Shown here one piece after another: positions 1 to 13,151 of a stretch of DNA of 64,000 nucleotides. The stretch lies in assembly GCF_009914755.1 (NCBI RefSeq), contig NC_060928.1. One strand, given 5' to 3'. The notes under the pieces are model-generated. The model ran no database searches. It saw only the letters and a list, made by a program, of their open reading frames with translations, and had not been told where the DNA came from. Made by a program: the position numbers and the translations under genes. Source of the DNA: the human T2T-CHM13v2.0 reference genome, Homo sapiens. Each line of letters begins with the position of its first letter. Position 1 is the first letter of the stretch.

Positions 1-1574
1 GTCCTGTTCCCTATATTATCTACACTTTCCCTTCGCCCTCTCCTCCTTAGAGCTTTCTGTAGCCAATGTGGCCTCATCTTCACATATCCCTTTTCCAAGC
101 CTGCTTAGGGAAAGGTTGGAAATTTATTCTTACTAAAGTGTTAATGACTGATGCACATTCCAAATGCCAATCCTTCCCCTTTCCCACCAGCCCTCCTATA
201 CATTGATTTAACTAAGGTCTTTTTCCCCTGAACATGGGCCAAAAGGGATCTGTGAAAAGCTTCCTCCTAATGGGCCTATATGCATTCAATTCATGTTAGT
301 GGTTGTTTCATGTGTATCATAGGTTGTAAAATACAATGTAAACTGGGCCAATTATTATCACTCTTCTGGCAGCTACGTGAGGCGGGCCAGGCAGGATCAG
401 GGTCCCATTTGACAAACGAAAAAATGGAAACCCTGGGAGGTGAATTTAGCACCTTATTTGTCAGACATTTAATTGAGTTAATAAAATCCTGGGTGTTCCT
501 TCCCATTCTGGTGCTGTTTTCCTGTTATATTGGGGCAACTGAGAGCTCCTTTGCTTGTCAATTTTAGGTTACTGGCAGGAAGAAAGATGGGATTAGGCTA
601 GACCATGTTCAAAATGTTCATAATTGGTTTCTGGCTCATTTCTGACTTTCATGAAACAGAAATTCCATCAATTATATCAAAGGCCCCAAGCAACCCTCCA
701 AACAAGTGTTGGAATCCATTGCCCATGGACTGACAATGAACCTGCCTTTTATCCCACAGAAGCCACTTGTGTCTGATATTCCTGATTAATGCCAGACACT
801 AGACTGGGGACAGCAGGGTCATTCAAAGGAAACATCTCTCCTTTTTTTCTCCTTACACAGAGCTGTGGAATTTATAGCTGATGGAACACTTACAGAATAT
901 CTAAGCAGACACTCATGGTGTGGATGAGGAAACAAAGGCACAGAAAGGCTAAGCAATTTCCCAAATGTGATACATGAATTATGTCTAAGCTATAAGAAAA
1001 ATCAGTGTGTAGATGACAAAGGGAGATGACCACATTGAAAGCAGATGAACCGGCCTTCCTAACAGCTACTCCTCAGTGAAATGAATAATTTCATGAAGGA
1101 AAATGTCTTTTAACACAATGACTGAAAACTGTGTGTCAGGTTTGCTATAGAGGAGTCTCACATATCTGAGCTGGGACATGTGTGCTTGTGCTGGGGAAGA
1201 GGGCAAAATTGAAATAGATGATCTTGTCCACCTTTGTCTTGTTATTTGAATTGTGCCTTATTATTAGCAAAGCAGATCAGTACAACTTCACTCTATGTTA
1301 AAGCAGATATTAAAGTTTCCATATTATATATAAAGAAACAAAAGCATAGAGAACTTAAGTAACTTTTCCATGTCGTACAGTGGTCGTTGGTGACATTTGG
1401 ATGGGAACTTTTGTTGCCTCACTCTCAGTCCTGTTCTCTGTCCTCTATGGGCCTGCCTTCTCACCTATTATATTTTGTTTGATTCTTGGAAACTATTTTG
1501 GTCTTACACAGGCACCACAGTCTATGTTCAGCTGCACTTTTTGTTCACAGTGTCTGTTGTATCTGTTGTGTTTG

Positions 1575-1750
1575 ACCTTTGGGGTCAGACTCATTGGTTC
1601 ACAATTCCAAATGTTTTGTGTCATTGTGCAAGTCTTGACATCTCTGGGCCACTGTTTTCTTATCTCTAAAATGTGGAAGACCAAAGAAGTATATAAAGTA
1701 CCAGGAATAGTGCCAGACCCCCAAGTGGGCTCTCATGAAATGTTAATTCA
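1575..1750 (+). mobile_element. MIR SINE fragment
   Basis: Degenerate MIR core: ttgacatctctgggccactgttttcttatctctaaaatgtgga. Further minus-strand MIR pieces near 400-445, 915-970 and 1330-1410. Confidence 0.6.
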
Positions 1751-2554
1751 CTTATATCCTTCATTGTTTGTCTTCATGGCCTCTTTCCAAGCTGTGTTCA
1801 GGAAGTCCCTGTAAGACACAGCCCTAGTTTGAGGGCTGCAATACAGGATGGGAGAAGGAAGAGTTAGAGAATGTAGTGAACAGATATTTGCGACTTGACT
1901 GGACATTAGTGTGGCATCAAGAAATAGAGAGTGAACTAGGATTGTTGCTTATAACTTGCTCATTCATTTATTTATCAATCAATATTGCTGAGCACCCAGT
2001 GCCATATCTGTTAGGTACTAGAAGAAATGTAAAGAAAAGTAAGTTCTTCAAAACTTGCCTGGCTTTGTGGTGATTGGCCTTGGGTAAGTTACTTCTATTT
2101 TTGAGGACTCAGTTTCTTCATCTATACATTATAAATAACAGCTTTCTTGGCTAACTGCTAGTTTACTTGCTTTTAACTTTTGGCAACTGAATCTTGTACC
2201 AGATATCGGGTCTAAATGTCACTGCTAGAGACAAGGGAAGGCATTGCCTAGAGGAGGAGATGGCATTGTCACCCACACTCAGTTGTGATTTTCTCAGGCA
2301 GATTCACTGGAGCTGGCTCTCATCTCCCTGCAGATGTACCCAACTTTGATCTAAAAATAACTTTTTTACATGCTGCATTCTTTTAACTGAAATTCCTAAA
2401 AATCTTATGCATTGTTCAAGTTCCAACCTAAGTTGCTCATCTCTCCAAGGCATAGCCAAAAACGTTCTTAAATCATGAAAAATCCGGTCATGTTAAGTCC
2501 TTCTTCAATATTCTCCAAAAATAACAATTTTTGAACAAAGTCCAAAATGGTTTC

Positions 2555-3065
2555 TTAGTTTGGGATATTCCCAAAGCCGACTCTGAAACAAGGGCTTGAA
2601 TTCAAATAGCATATTGGGATGAAAATGAGACAGGGAAGAAAGAAAGCCGGGAAAGAGTATCCTGATGAATAGGTTATCATTGTGGGGAACTGGGATTTCA
2701 CCACTCTCTGAGGAACCTCATAGAACATGCTAAGAATTGTTCCATCAAGGGATGGTGAATCTGGGCACTTATCCACCATGTCCTTTCTTCATTGGTGGAG
2801 GGTTGACCTGGGGCACATTAAACTTCTGGCACATGAAGCCTGCCCTGACTCTGGATTCAACACCTCTCCATGGTGTGGGAGAAAACTGCCAGGCAGCCAA
2901 GGGGAGAGAAGGCAGGTTTTTAGGGTGTGACTCTATCAGCATGGATGATGAGTCCCCCTATAGCAGCAGGTGAACACAGAGTTGGGACAAAGGTTTATGA
3001 GTCTGGATACCCACAGTGTCCTCACAGCCTCCGAGGACCTCCACTCAGACCTCCACTCCATCTAT
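2555..3065 (-). mobile_element. ERVL solo LTR (LTR16/LTR33-like)
   Basis: Starts ttagtttgggatattcccaaagccgactctgaaacaagggcttgaa, resembling the reverse 3' end of LTR16-type LTRs. Subfamily uncertain. Confidence 0.55.
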
Positions 3066-3130
3066 CCCCTACTCTGCTGTGGCAATCGGATCATCACCAT
3101 AAATGCCAAACAAATTTCTATATTTAGATC

Positions 3131-3540
3131 TGTATTCTTTTTCTGTAGGCTACCATAACAAAATACCACAAACTACATGGCTTAAACAACAGAAATTTAT
3201 CTTTTCCCAGTTCTGGAGGCCAGAAGATACAGATCAAGATGTCGACAAGGTTGGTTTTCTCTGAGACCCCTCTCATTGGCATGCAGCTATGTCTCCTCTC
3301 CATGTGTCTTCATGTGTTCTTCCCTCTGTGTGTGACTGTGTCCTAATTTCCTCTTCTTACGAGGACACCAGTCATATTGGATTAGGGCCCGCCTTATTGA
3401 CCCCATTTAACTTAATCAGCTCTTTAAAGACCCTACTTCCTAATACATTCATATTCTAAGGTACTGGGGTTTAGCACTTCAACATATAACATTTTTGAAA
3501 AAAACAAAAAAACAAAAAAACAAAAACTCAGCCCAAAATA
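3131..3540 (-). mobile_element. MaLR solo LTR, MLT1B-like
   Basis: Typical MLT1 motifs: ggcttaaacaacagaaatttat, ttctggaggccagaag, gaggacaccagtcatattggattagggccc, ggtactggggtttagcacttcaacatat. Confidence 0.85.
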
Positions 3541-3776
3541 GGGCCTTTGTGATTTCTGATCCTTTTGCCTGGAACTTTTATTCTTCAGATATTTACATGC
3601 TTTGCCTTTCATTTTATTCTGACCTCTGCTCAAATAATCTTCTTTGGTGGGAATTGGCTGAATGTCATTGTTAAATTAGCAACTCTGGTCTCTTTTTTCT
3701 CTTCCTTTCCCTCTCTTTCTCTTGCTTCATTTTTCCTGATTTTTAAAACATCATTGACCTCATAGATATGCGCATG

Positions 3777-3780
<4 letters not shown>

Positions 3781-3811
<31 letters not shown>
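3781..3811. repeat. (CA)15 microsatellite
   Basis: Perfect CA dinucleotide run. Confidence 0.97.
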
Positions 3812-3814
<3 letters not shown>

Positions 3815-3819
3815 AATTG

Positions 3820-3985
3820 TTTTGTTTTCTATCTCCCTCACTGTAAGTTAAGCTCCCCAAGGGTGAGGACATTTCCCATCTTGTTCACTGAAATATCCTA
3901 TGGGCTTCCAGCATTGCTTGGCCCAGGAAGACAACGTATGTTTTGTAATAACTCACTGACTGAATGAGCATATGACTGAATGAAA
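3820..3985 (+). mobile_element. L2 LINE 3' end
   Basis: tctccctcactgtaagttaagctccccaagggtgaggac...ttgttcactg followed by a tgaatga tail. Confidence 0.7.
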
Positions 3986-5754
3986 TGTGCTGTTCTCTGC
4001 AGGTGTGTCCTCAACTTTCCTTCTCTGTATTTCCCATTGCACTTATCTTAATGTTCTGGAATTGACTAGTTTATAGTCAGTATCTTGCACAAATCTCAAC
4101 AGAGGTCTAGAACGTCTGGGTTGTGCTTCAGATCCTTAGGAACCAGTGGCTTGCTAGGCCTTCAACAAACATCCAGGAAATGTGTGTGCATATAAATGTT
4201 AATATTCTAACAATATTGCTTATTATATCATGCTGTTATTTTCATAAGGGCTCACATGAGAAATCTCTTTCAGAATTTAGCAGCAGAATTAAAAATGTAA
4301 TTTTGTCCCATGAGGAATGTGTCTGTTTCTATTTTTCCTATAAGGAAAATCATGTTAGATTTTCTTTTGTGTCCTAACTGCAAGGAATTGCAGTTATGTT
4401 ATTAACAGCTATGATTCAAATGTCTCCCTTCTGCATCTTTCCGTAATCTCAAGTTTATTTTTCTATGTTTAGAATACATGTAGAACTTTCTCCATTTTAT
4501 AAGTCACCCTCAATATATTTGAAAAAGAGATAATAATAAATAAAATGAGTAAATTAAAAATGGGACTGTATCTGGACAGCAGACGTGGGATAGCAATGGC
4601 AATGAAGATGAAGGGAGGTGAGTGAAAAGGATCTGGAGGGTGTTGGGGAAGTTATGGGGCAGGCCTGCTGCGTCGCATGTGCTATGGTATTCAGGGTAGG
4701 GAGGGGATGCTAGGAGGCTTGCAGAGAATTACAGGTGAGCTATGGAGAGGGACAGGTGGACACAGGGGAGATTTCCATTCATCAAATTACTTAGAATTTA
4801 TACTGTAAAGCACATACAGAAATCAAATGCAAATTAAAGCCAACTATCCCGCTCAGAAATCAGAACCTTTTGAAAAACAGGATTGCGTTACGTGCTTCCC
4901 AGGGTTTTGCCATTGATTTTATTGCTTACTTTTGCGTCTTTTCTCCTTAGAGTCATAGAATTTTACTGCCAGATGGGAGTCTATCCCAGAGATTCTGTAC
5001 CTGAATTCCAGGGGTAGATATGGGATTGATGGATGGGCTTCAGGAAATCTGTTTCTCAGTGATATTGTATGAAAAAGATGCATTTTTCCTGAGTCTATGG
5101 TTTTTTCTTCAGAATCTCAAAAGGGCATGTGATATAGAACCTTTCCCCACTTCCTCCAATAAAAAGCTGAATAGAGTACATCTTATTTAGAAGTGAGGAA
5201 GATGAAGCTCCACCCCTAAAAGTGACTTTCCCAAAGGCACACTCCAACTTGACGTCAAAGCTGCGATTCAGAGCCAGACTGATTTCCTTGTTCTAATACT
5301 GCAGTTGTTGCTATCAAAGTGTGAGTCTGTGTGTAGGTTAGAGAGTTAGTACCCTCTATGGTGAGGAGATTTTGCCATACTATGGGCACACAGACACCTA
5401 AGGTGCTTAACACCTTTTTTTAGACTCTAGGCAGCCCAGAAGACCTCTGTTATTTGGAATCTTTTATGGAGATACCTTTGCTGCAGGTATTTCAGGACTT
5501 TGCTTTTTTTTTAGACAAGCAACCCTCATTTGCACATGGTGTTATGAAGCAAAACTCATTGTCTACTCTCAAAGCCCTTATTTACTGTATAAGGAAGTAG
5601 GCTTCCCAAGGATGCCATGGAAATCCAGAATCTCAGCGCTCAGAACAACTGAGTTGCACTGGCTTAAAGAGGTAGGCCCCATGCTTTTACAGTAATAATT
5701 TGGATGCATTAACTAGAGGCACATTTTAACAGTATATTTCTATCTACAAGAGAG

Positions 5755-5903
5755 ACTTTCCTGGGTCTCCAGCTTGTAGAAGGCAGATCATGGGACTTCT
5801 CAGCCTCCACAACCTTGTGAGCTAACATTGTGTGTGTGTGTATGTGTGTGTGTGTGTGCAAGTGTGCCCTATTGGCTCGGTTTTTCTGAAGAACTCTAAT
5901 ACA
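5755..5903 (+). mobile_element. ERVL LTR MLT2, 3' part, with internal (TG)n
   Basis: ctgggtctccagcttgtagaaggcagatcatgggacttctcagcctccac...cctattggctcggtttttctgaagaactctaataca. Confidence 0.8.
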
Positions 5904-6285
5904 TGAGTGTTCCTGGTCAATGTGTAGCTTTCTATGTAGTGAGTGAATCTTGTGGCTCCATCCTCCTCTTTGCCTTGAAAACCTCCACCTTCATCTGGAG
6001 ATGGAGACAAAGAGTGAGCAAGGCATGCCACATCTGTAGCTCCTTGTCCTGAAAGTAATAATTGTCTCTCCTGTTCACATTTTATTGGTGAGAATTAGTC
6101 AAATCATCTCAGATGCAAGGGTGGGGGGTTGCAGACGGATAGAATCATTCTGAGCAGCTGTTTCCCAGCAACAACATAAAGCTATGGAAGGAAAAGCATG
6201 TTATCTCTGAACAAAAGCTGATAATCTCAGCTAGAAACATATGCTGGATTTGGTCCAAGAGTACAGGATTAGAAAGCAACATCTC

Positions 6286-6708
6286 TTTGTTAGGCCATTT
6301 TTGCCTTGCCGTAAAGAAATACCCAAGGCTGAGTGATTTGTAAAGAAAAGAGGTTTAATCAGCTCACGGGTTCTGCAGGCTGTACAAGCATGGCACTGGC
6401 ATCTGCTTAGCTCCTGTAGAGGCCTCAGAGAGTTTTTACTCAAGCAAAAGGTGAAGCAGAAGCAGGTACATCACATGGTGAAAGCAGGAGCAAGAGAGAG
6501 AATGGAAGGCAAGGTGCTACACACTTCTAAATGATCAAATCTCATGAGAACTCAGTCACTATCATGAGGGCAGCACCAAGCAGCTGGTGCTAAACCATTC
6601 ATGAGAAACCTGCCCCCATGATACTATTACCTTCCAGGCCTCACTTCCAAGAATGAGGATTACAATTCAACATAAGATTTAGAGGTGACACTTATCCAAA
6701 CTATATCA
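6286..6708 (-). mobile_element. MaLR solo LTR, MSTA-like, full length
   Basis: aaagaaaagaggtttaatcagctcac, gtgctaaaccattcatgagaaac, and terminus ccaaactatatca. Perfect 5-bp TSD atctc at 6281-6285 and 6709-6713. Confidence 0.9.
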
Positions 6709-7144
6709 ATCTCTTTTTAGGTTTCCTTTACCCTATTTCAAAGGAGCAAATAACCCCTTCTTTAAACTCCTGGGTTGAAATTAAATGTGAAATAAGATAA
6801 TACTGTGATGACTTCATTGAGATGGAGTGCTGAAAATAGAGGCAACAATATCATAGTAATTGTTATAATGAGCATTGAGGGTGGATTTATCAGAGAAACA
6901 TTCTCTGACAGGCAAGAGTTAAGTTATAGTGTATCTTGACCCCTCAATATTCCTAATAGAAACCTGGGATTAAGGTATTCTCCTGAGTAGGTACTTGTAT
7001 TGCTTACTTAATCTTTTATTTCTTCATCAAACATTCGTGGGAAGCCTTTTCGGTATCAGAGACTGTGGATACAAAGATGATTAAGACAGGGTCTAAGGCC
7101 TGGAAATACAATTGGTGCAGGGGTAGGCAATCCACATTGCCCAT

Positions 7145-7262
7145 GTTCACTTCCACATTACAGTGGCAGAGTTGAGAAGTTGCAGCAGAGACCTTATACT
7201 CTGCAAAGCCTAAAATATTTATGGCAAGCCCTTTACGGAAAAAGTTTACCAACCACTTGTCT
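7145..7262. mobile_element. MER58A-like hAT-Charlie fragment
   Basis: ggcagagttgagaagttgcagcagagacc...gcaaagcctaaaatattta...ccctttacggaaaaagtttaccaacc. Confidence 0.8.
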
Positions 7263-7494
7263 AGGGGAAGGTAGATGATTGTGGACCAGCTTGAAATTAA
7301 GTGGACCAGACCACTTCCAAACTTCTGGGTAACTCTCTTCAATTCTCCCGCTCTCAGATTAATCCATGTCTCCCTTTTAGGTGTTTTCATAGAGCCATAT
7401 GCTTTTCTTTCATAATACAGACTACAGTTGATATAATTTTTCACTTTCTTGGTAATTAATTGATGAGTGTCTGCTTTCCTCACCGATATAGGCC

Positions 7495-7715
7495 TGATTA
7501 TATGCCCAGCACTATTCTTGGCACTTTTCATATATTCACTCATTTAATTTTCTCAACAATCCTCTTAACCTACTCTATGAGGCAGATACATTATTATCGT
7601 CATTTTACTGAAAGGACCTGAGACATAGGGAGGTAAAATAACTTATTTAAGGTAACTTAGAAATAAGTGGTAGAGTTGGGGTTTGGACCTAGGTAATTTG
7701 GCTCTAAAGCCAGCA
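7495..7715 (-). mobile_element. MIR SINE
   Basis: ctcatttaattttctcaacaa...ctatgaggcagata...cattttactg...aaggtaacttag...gtggtagagttgggg. Confidence 0.75.
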
Positions 7716-9317
7716 ATTAAAACATTGTACAGCATGGGATGGGCCCTACAATACATTTGCTGAGTGGATGAAAGATACGGTACTGTGGGTCACTGCTAGT
7801 CCAGAGGAATGGGTGAAACACTGTGCAGGCAGAAAACATGAGGCACATTTCTAACTGCATTTCAGGTGGGATCAAAGGGAACTGTATATATGACCTTCAT
7901 GTTTTTAACTTGACTCAAGGCCTAAGAATAAGAAGCAAGAGAGCAGGCACCTTATCTTTCTCCATTTTCATTTGCTGTAGCCAAGGACTAGTGCCCTGGC
8001 AATCCCCCCACGTGCCATCTCTGGGCTAAGGTCATGCCTCTCTGGCCATCCTTTCTGTTTTTCTAATCTGTGCAGTTGCAATCCCCTGCTCAAAGCAATT
8101 CCCTTGTTTTGACCCCCTCTTACTCCCCCAGACTCTATTAAGCTTCAGGAAGCATAAAAGCAGCTAAGTCATTACCCAAACTGAACCTGAACTCTAAACC
8201 TCAGGAGATTCACCCATCACTGTGCTGAAAGGCCTCCCTGGGCTTTCAGCTGTAGCAATTTTGTGAAGTCAGCACAGTGTGCCCACGGGGATGCACCATA
8301 TTTTATTCTTCAATCAAGCATGGTGCCATCAAGGATTGCTTAAGTGGTTTGATATCAGCATTTTTTTTTTCCCCAAACAACTTATGAGCTTTACGTGCAT
8401 GAATTTTGCCTGTGTGAAAGTGTGTCAGTTACCAACATTTTTCAAAGTCTTGGTTTTCTGGTTCTGAGAGTTTCCTCCACTGGGATCCCTTGGGCCCTCT
8501 TCTTCCAGCAGAAGGACAGCCTCCTTCTTTTTGCTGTGCGTGCACTCTCTTGACACAAAATTGGAGCAGCCAAGATCCACTTCAACGATGGCAGGTCAGG
8601 GGTCAGGGGTAGCTTCAGGTATTTGGTTGGTAATATTCAAGACCCCTTGCTTGCAAATTGGTGGTGTAATTCTGCACTGCTTTCAGGCTGAGCAGAGTCC
8701 CTGAGGCCGAGAAAACGAGCACGGTGCTGACTGCTTGGAATCCGGTAATATTTCCCTTCAGGCTGCTGCTCTGACTGGCTTTTCAGAAGAGTGTTGCTTC
8801 TAATAGAAAATTCCTTATTTTCACCTGTGAAGAAATCTGATTTGGACAGTGAGTATCTTTTGTCTTCTGAAATGCTAATTTTTACAACATTGAGACAGCA
8901 GCTGCAGACGTGGATTTGACAGTCCACCTCCCTTCTACAGCACAGCTGAGTAAAGAGAGTATGACTTGAGCATGTAGGTAAGACAGTTTTCATCCTTAAC
9001 CATCACAGCTGGAGAGATCTTGATCTTCATGGTGCTCCCTCCATACATTCTATAGACTTAATTTTTGGTAGGTACAGTGTGATGTGTAACTTTTCCAAGA
9101 TCAGAGAATATCAGGGAGAATATCATAGGCACCATCTGTCTGTTTTTCAGAGATATCCAAACTATGGCCCAGTGATTTATTATGTATTAATTCAACAATG
9201 GCAACAGCACCATTCTGCCAAACCTTAATTACTCTCTATTTGAGGTTGGATGAAGTCAGAGCTTTGGTTCTAGCCAGTACTCGGTTTAACTGCTCAGATC
9301 TGAGCATCAAGATTTTA

Positions 9318-9611
<294 letters not shown>

Positions 9612-10281
9612 CTAGTACCTGTGAGTGGGTTGTAAACTGTAAAGCACTGTATGCATTTGAAGCATTATTATTTAGATTATATATAGGTTATTATTACTTA
9701 GACGATTATATTATTAAGTTAGGTATAAAATTAATAACAGAAAAATATAGGACAAATAGAAGAATGGACTATTTAAAGTACAGAAAATAATCTTAAACAT
9801 TATTATTTTTTCTATATCCCCTTAAGCAAGAGGAAGGGGAGTTCCCAGTCATCATTTACAGTGTTTATTTAGTGTCCACAGTATATATCACTTTTGTAGC
9901 CTTACACTTTTCAACATCTTTAAAGCATAAGATTAAGTTTCACAAGGGCAGGACAAAATATCTGATTGGTTCATTGCTCTAGCACAGAAAAGGCCCTTAA
10001 TATATATCGATAGCATGAGTAAATGAGATAAAACTTATCACACACATTTATTAAAGAATGTATTTCTCTCAAGGTTTGTAAGGAAACAATTTGAGTATCA
10101 ACCACTGTGATCCAAAGTGCAACAGCTTTTGTCACTCTCAAATTGCCTTCTAATCTTAACAGTCATTAGTATTTTCCTCACATTGATTGAATAGCTAAAT
10201 ATTCAAAATCCACCACACCTAGCATAACTCCAGGTGCTTTCCTCTCATTCAGTCTTGGGAGGTAGTCTTTTAAAATTTAGG

Positions 10282-10812
10282 TTTTATTAATATTCAGGTG
10301 TGGTGGTGAGTCCAACAGACCAGGAGAAAATTGCCAGATAAGATAATGTATTACAGTTCCCAAAAAGAGGAAGCCCACCATGCCACAGGGGCCACACGGG
10401 AAAGCACTAAGATTGATCAGGAGGCAGAGAGAGCAAGAGGAAAACTGGGGTAAGAGCCTTTATTGTTGCTTTCTTAGGAAGGAACAGGTGAAGTAGAGTA
10501 AGTAGTTTAGGGTTGTCTAGTTTGAATCATTTCAGTAGCTTTGGGGGCATAGGAGCTGTCCCTAGTTGCCTGGTGTTGGCACTGGGGTGATTAGGGCAGA
10601 GGAATAGTGACCTGAAGTGTTAGAGCCTGATAAATGAGATGGTCAAGGGTATGGGCTCTGTATTGGCTGGTTTGCAAATGAAGGACTCCTAGGCAAGTCC
10701 TTTATTTGCAGGAATTAGCTAGTCTTGGGAAAGGCAATCCTTCCAGAGTCAGCAAGCCTTCAAGATGTCAAAGCATCAAAAATATAGAAAACAAAAAGAC
10801 ATGGTTAATATA
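10282..10812 (-). mobile_element. ERVL solo LTR, MER74-like
   Basis: Ends gtcagcaagccttcaagatgtcaaagcatcaaaaatatagaaaacaaaaagacatggttaata, the reverse of the recalled MER74 5' end. Confidence 0.65.
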
Positions 10813-11004
10813 TATATGTATTTATTTATGTATTTCTGTTGAGAAAAATGTGATTCTGAGAAGTTAAGTGGCTTGATGAGGTGGAGACAGCTGGAAAAAG
10901 TATATAGGAGTAGAACCTAGACCTCAGGAGGGCATATTGGCCACAGTCCGCAAATTTTCCCCTTTGCTTTGTATCAAGAACATCTCTTGCCAAACAACTA
11001 TTCT

Positions 11005-11480
11005 ATTCATGACACCTTTTAGTAGCAAGATTGATAACTCAAACTTGAGTTAATTGAAATCGATATCTATAGTGGGAAAGGTAGGAATTTGAATGTAGAA
11101 GGTTATGTAGAAGGGCTCTCTTTCCTCAACTCATCTTTGCTTTTCTCTGCATCTGGCTTCAACCTTTCCTCTTGCAGACCGTCTTTCTTTAGAAGGCTGG
11201 AAAGACAACTTCTAGAAGTTTCTGTGCTCGGTCACTCAGGTCTTCACCACTTGAGAGGAAAAAACGCATTTCATACAATGGGAGGTCACTGACTGATCTA
11301 TGTTGGAATGCCATTCCACTCTGTGAACTAATTCTTGTCACCTGAGATGTGAGATAGTATCATTGTTCCATCTTGGGTCAGATGCTTATCTTTTAGGGGG
11401 AGTGAAGAAAAGGAGGGAGAGCTGTCACTAAAGAAGTAATTAGATAGCGGTTAGACTAAAACATTAGATGTCCATCACAG
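11005..11480 (-). mobile_element. Old MaLR LTR fragment (MLT1K/L-like)
   Basis: Degenerate motifs agtagcaagattgataactcaaac, ctttgcttttctctgcatctggcttc and tcttgggtcagatgc. Confidence 0.4.
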
Positions 11481-11917
11481 GAGATTTGGTTAAACTCAAT
11501 GTAAAATCTTCATCTTCCATTCTCAGTCAAATTCTTGGATGGTGTACTGGGTCATTTGAGGCATTTTTACCAGAGAAAATCCCAGGAACATTTCAGCAGT
11601 CATAAAATGGATGGGGAAAAGTATTTTTTGTTGCACAACAGAAAAGTGAAGTTTAAAATGTCAGCACAATTGTGAATGGAGGCTGAATTTTGTTTCAAAT
11701 AAACATGAAAGGCAAAGAGAAGTCTAAGGATTCTTCAGCTCTAAAGAGTGAGCTTCTCTGGGTAATACAGCCCCTGACAATTTGAGCATGGAGAAACCAC
11801 ACTGATCCTTACAGAGTCATAAAGTGCCTTGAGGAATAAGAATCAAGCATTTGCAGTTAATTCCAGAACTTGGTCAGCACAGGGCTAAGGGAAACCTGTT
11901 CCCTTTCCCAATTTCAG

Positions 11918-12072
11918 GCTCTTCAACCTTAATTTTTGGGGAAGTAGAATCAACTTTCAACATTTGTGATCAGGAAAAACCCAATCTTTGCCTGACATGG
12001 CATCAAAAAGTCACCCACTTGACAGAGCACAAACTACCTGGAGTGCTCTGTCCTTGTTTGTCTCTATCAAAG
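11918..12072 (+). other. Candidate 155-nt internal exon
   Basis: Acceptor cctgttccctttcccaatttcag and consensus donor AAG|GTAAGT, in non-repeat sequence. Confidence 0.35.
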
Positions 12073-12569
12073 GTAAGTGATTGCCTCAGACAGTACCGCT
12101 GCCTACCCTCTCCTACACCCACCTGTGATCTCCCTTAGTAGTTTAAGCTGAAGTCTTTATAACACAAGGCTGTTGTAAGTTTAGAGTGCACAGTAGGGCA
12201 TGGGAGGCTTTGAACAGAAGCTCCCCATCTGTTGTCTTCAGTCCCTGAGCATTAGTAAAGAGATGAGTTAGGGCTTATAAACCATTAAATGTATCAAAAT
12301 ATCAAACAGAATTAGATGTTGGCCAGCATCAATATCAAAATGGTCAATGCCCATAATAACTGCCTCCACTTATTGTTGGAATTATAACAATTTCCTTGTG
12401 TGGGTTACCTTCCTGAAGGTCAGAATTTTCAAAGTTTGGTGACATGGATCATTGATTAGTACAAGCAGTAATCAAGAAATTAAAAATTATTACCTATAAT
12501 GCATTTTATGATAAAAAAGTATTTCAAAATATAAAGATTACCTCAAGCATTCATTTTTTAAAGTACTTA

Positions 12570-13151
12570 GAAAGGAATTGCATTGAATCTGTAAATTAGT
12601 TTGGGTAGTATAAACATTTTAAGAATACTAGGTCTTCTAATCATTGAACACAAGATGTCTTTCCATTTACTTGTGTCTTCTTTAATTTCTTCATCAGTGT
12701 TTTGTAGTTTTTAGTGTACAAGTCTTTTATCTTCTTGGTTAAGTTTATTCCTAAGTATTTTATGCTTTTTGAAATTTTATAAATGGGATTTACTTAAAAA
12801 TTCATTTTTAGGTAGTTCATTCTTAATGTATAGAAATATAACTGATTTCTATATACTGATTTTGTGTCCTGAAATTTACTGAATTGATTTATTAGTTCTA
12901 ATTGTTCTTTTGTGAAGTCTTTAGTTTTTTTTTACATGTAAGATCATGTCATCTGCAAACAGAAAAATTTACTTCTTCTTTTCCAATTCTGGTGATGTTT
13001 ATTTCTTTTTCTTGTCCTATTGCTCTGGCTAGGATTTCCAGTACATGTTGAATACAAGTGATGAAAGTGGATATCTTCAACTTGTTCCTGTTCTTGGAGG
13101 AAAAACTTTCATATGTTCACCATTGAGTATTATATTAGCTGTGTGATTTTT
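12570..13151 (-). mobile_element. L1M ORF2 fragment (reverse transcriptase region), degenerate
   Basis: gatcatgtcatctgcaaacag at ~12942-12962 is the reverse complement of LFADDMI. Flanks match L1 ORF2 antisense (gcattgaatctgtaa, tgctctggctaggatttccagtac). Confidence 0.9.

Noticed and set aside
7016-7543. 175-aa minus-strand ORF
   Set aside because: It runs across L2, MER58 and MIR fragments; a chance frame.
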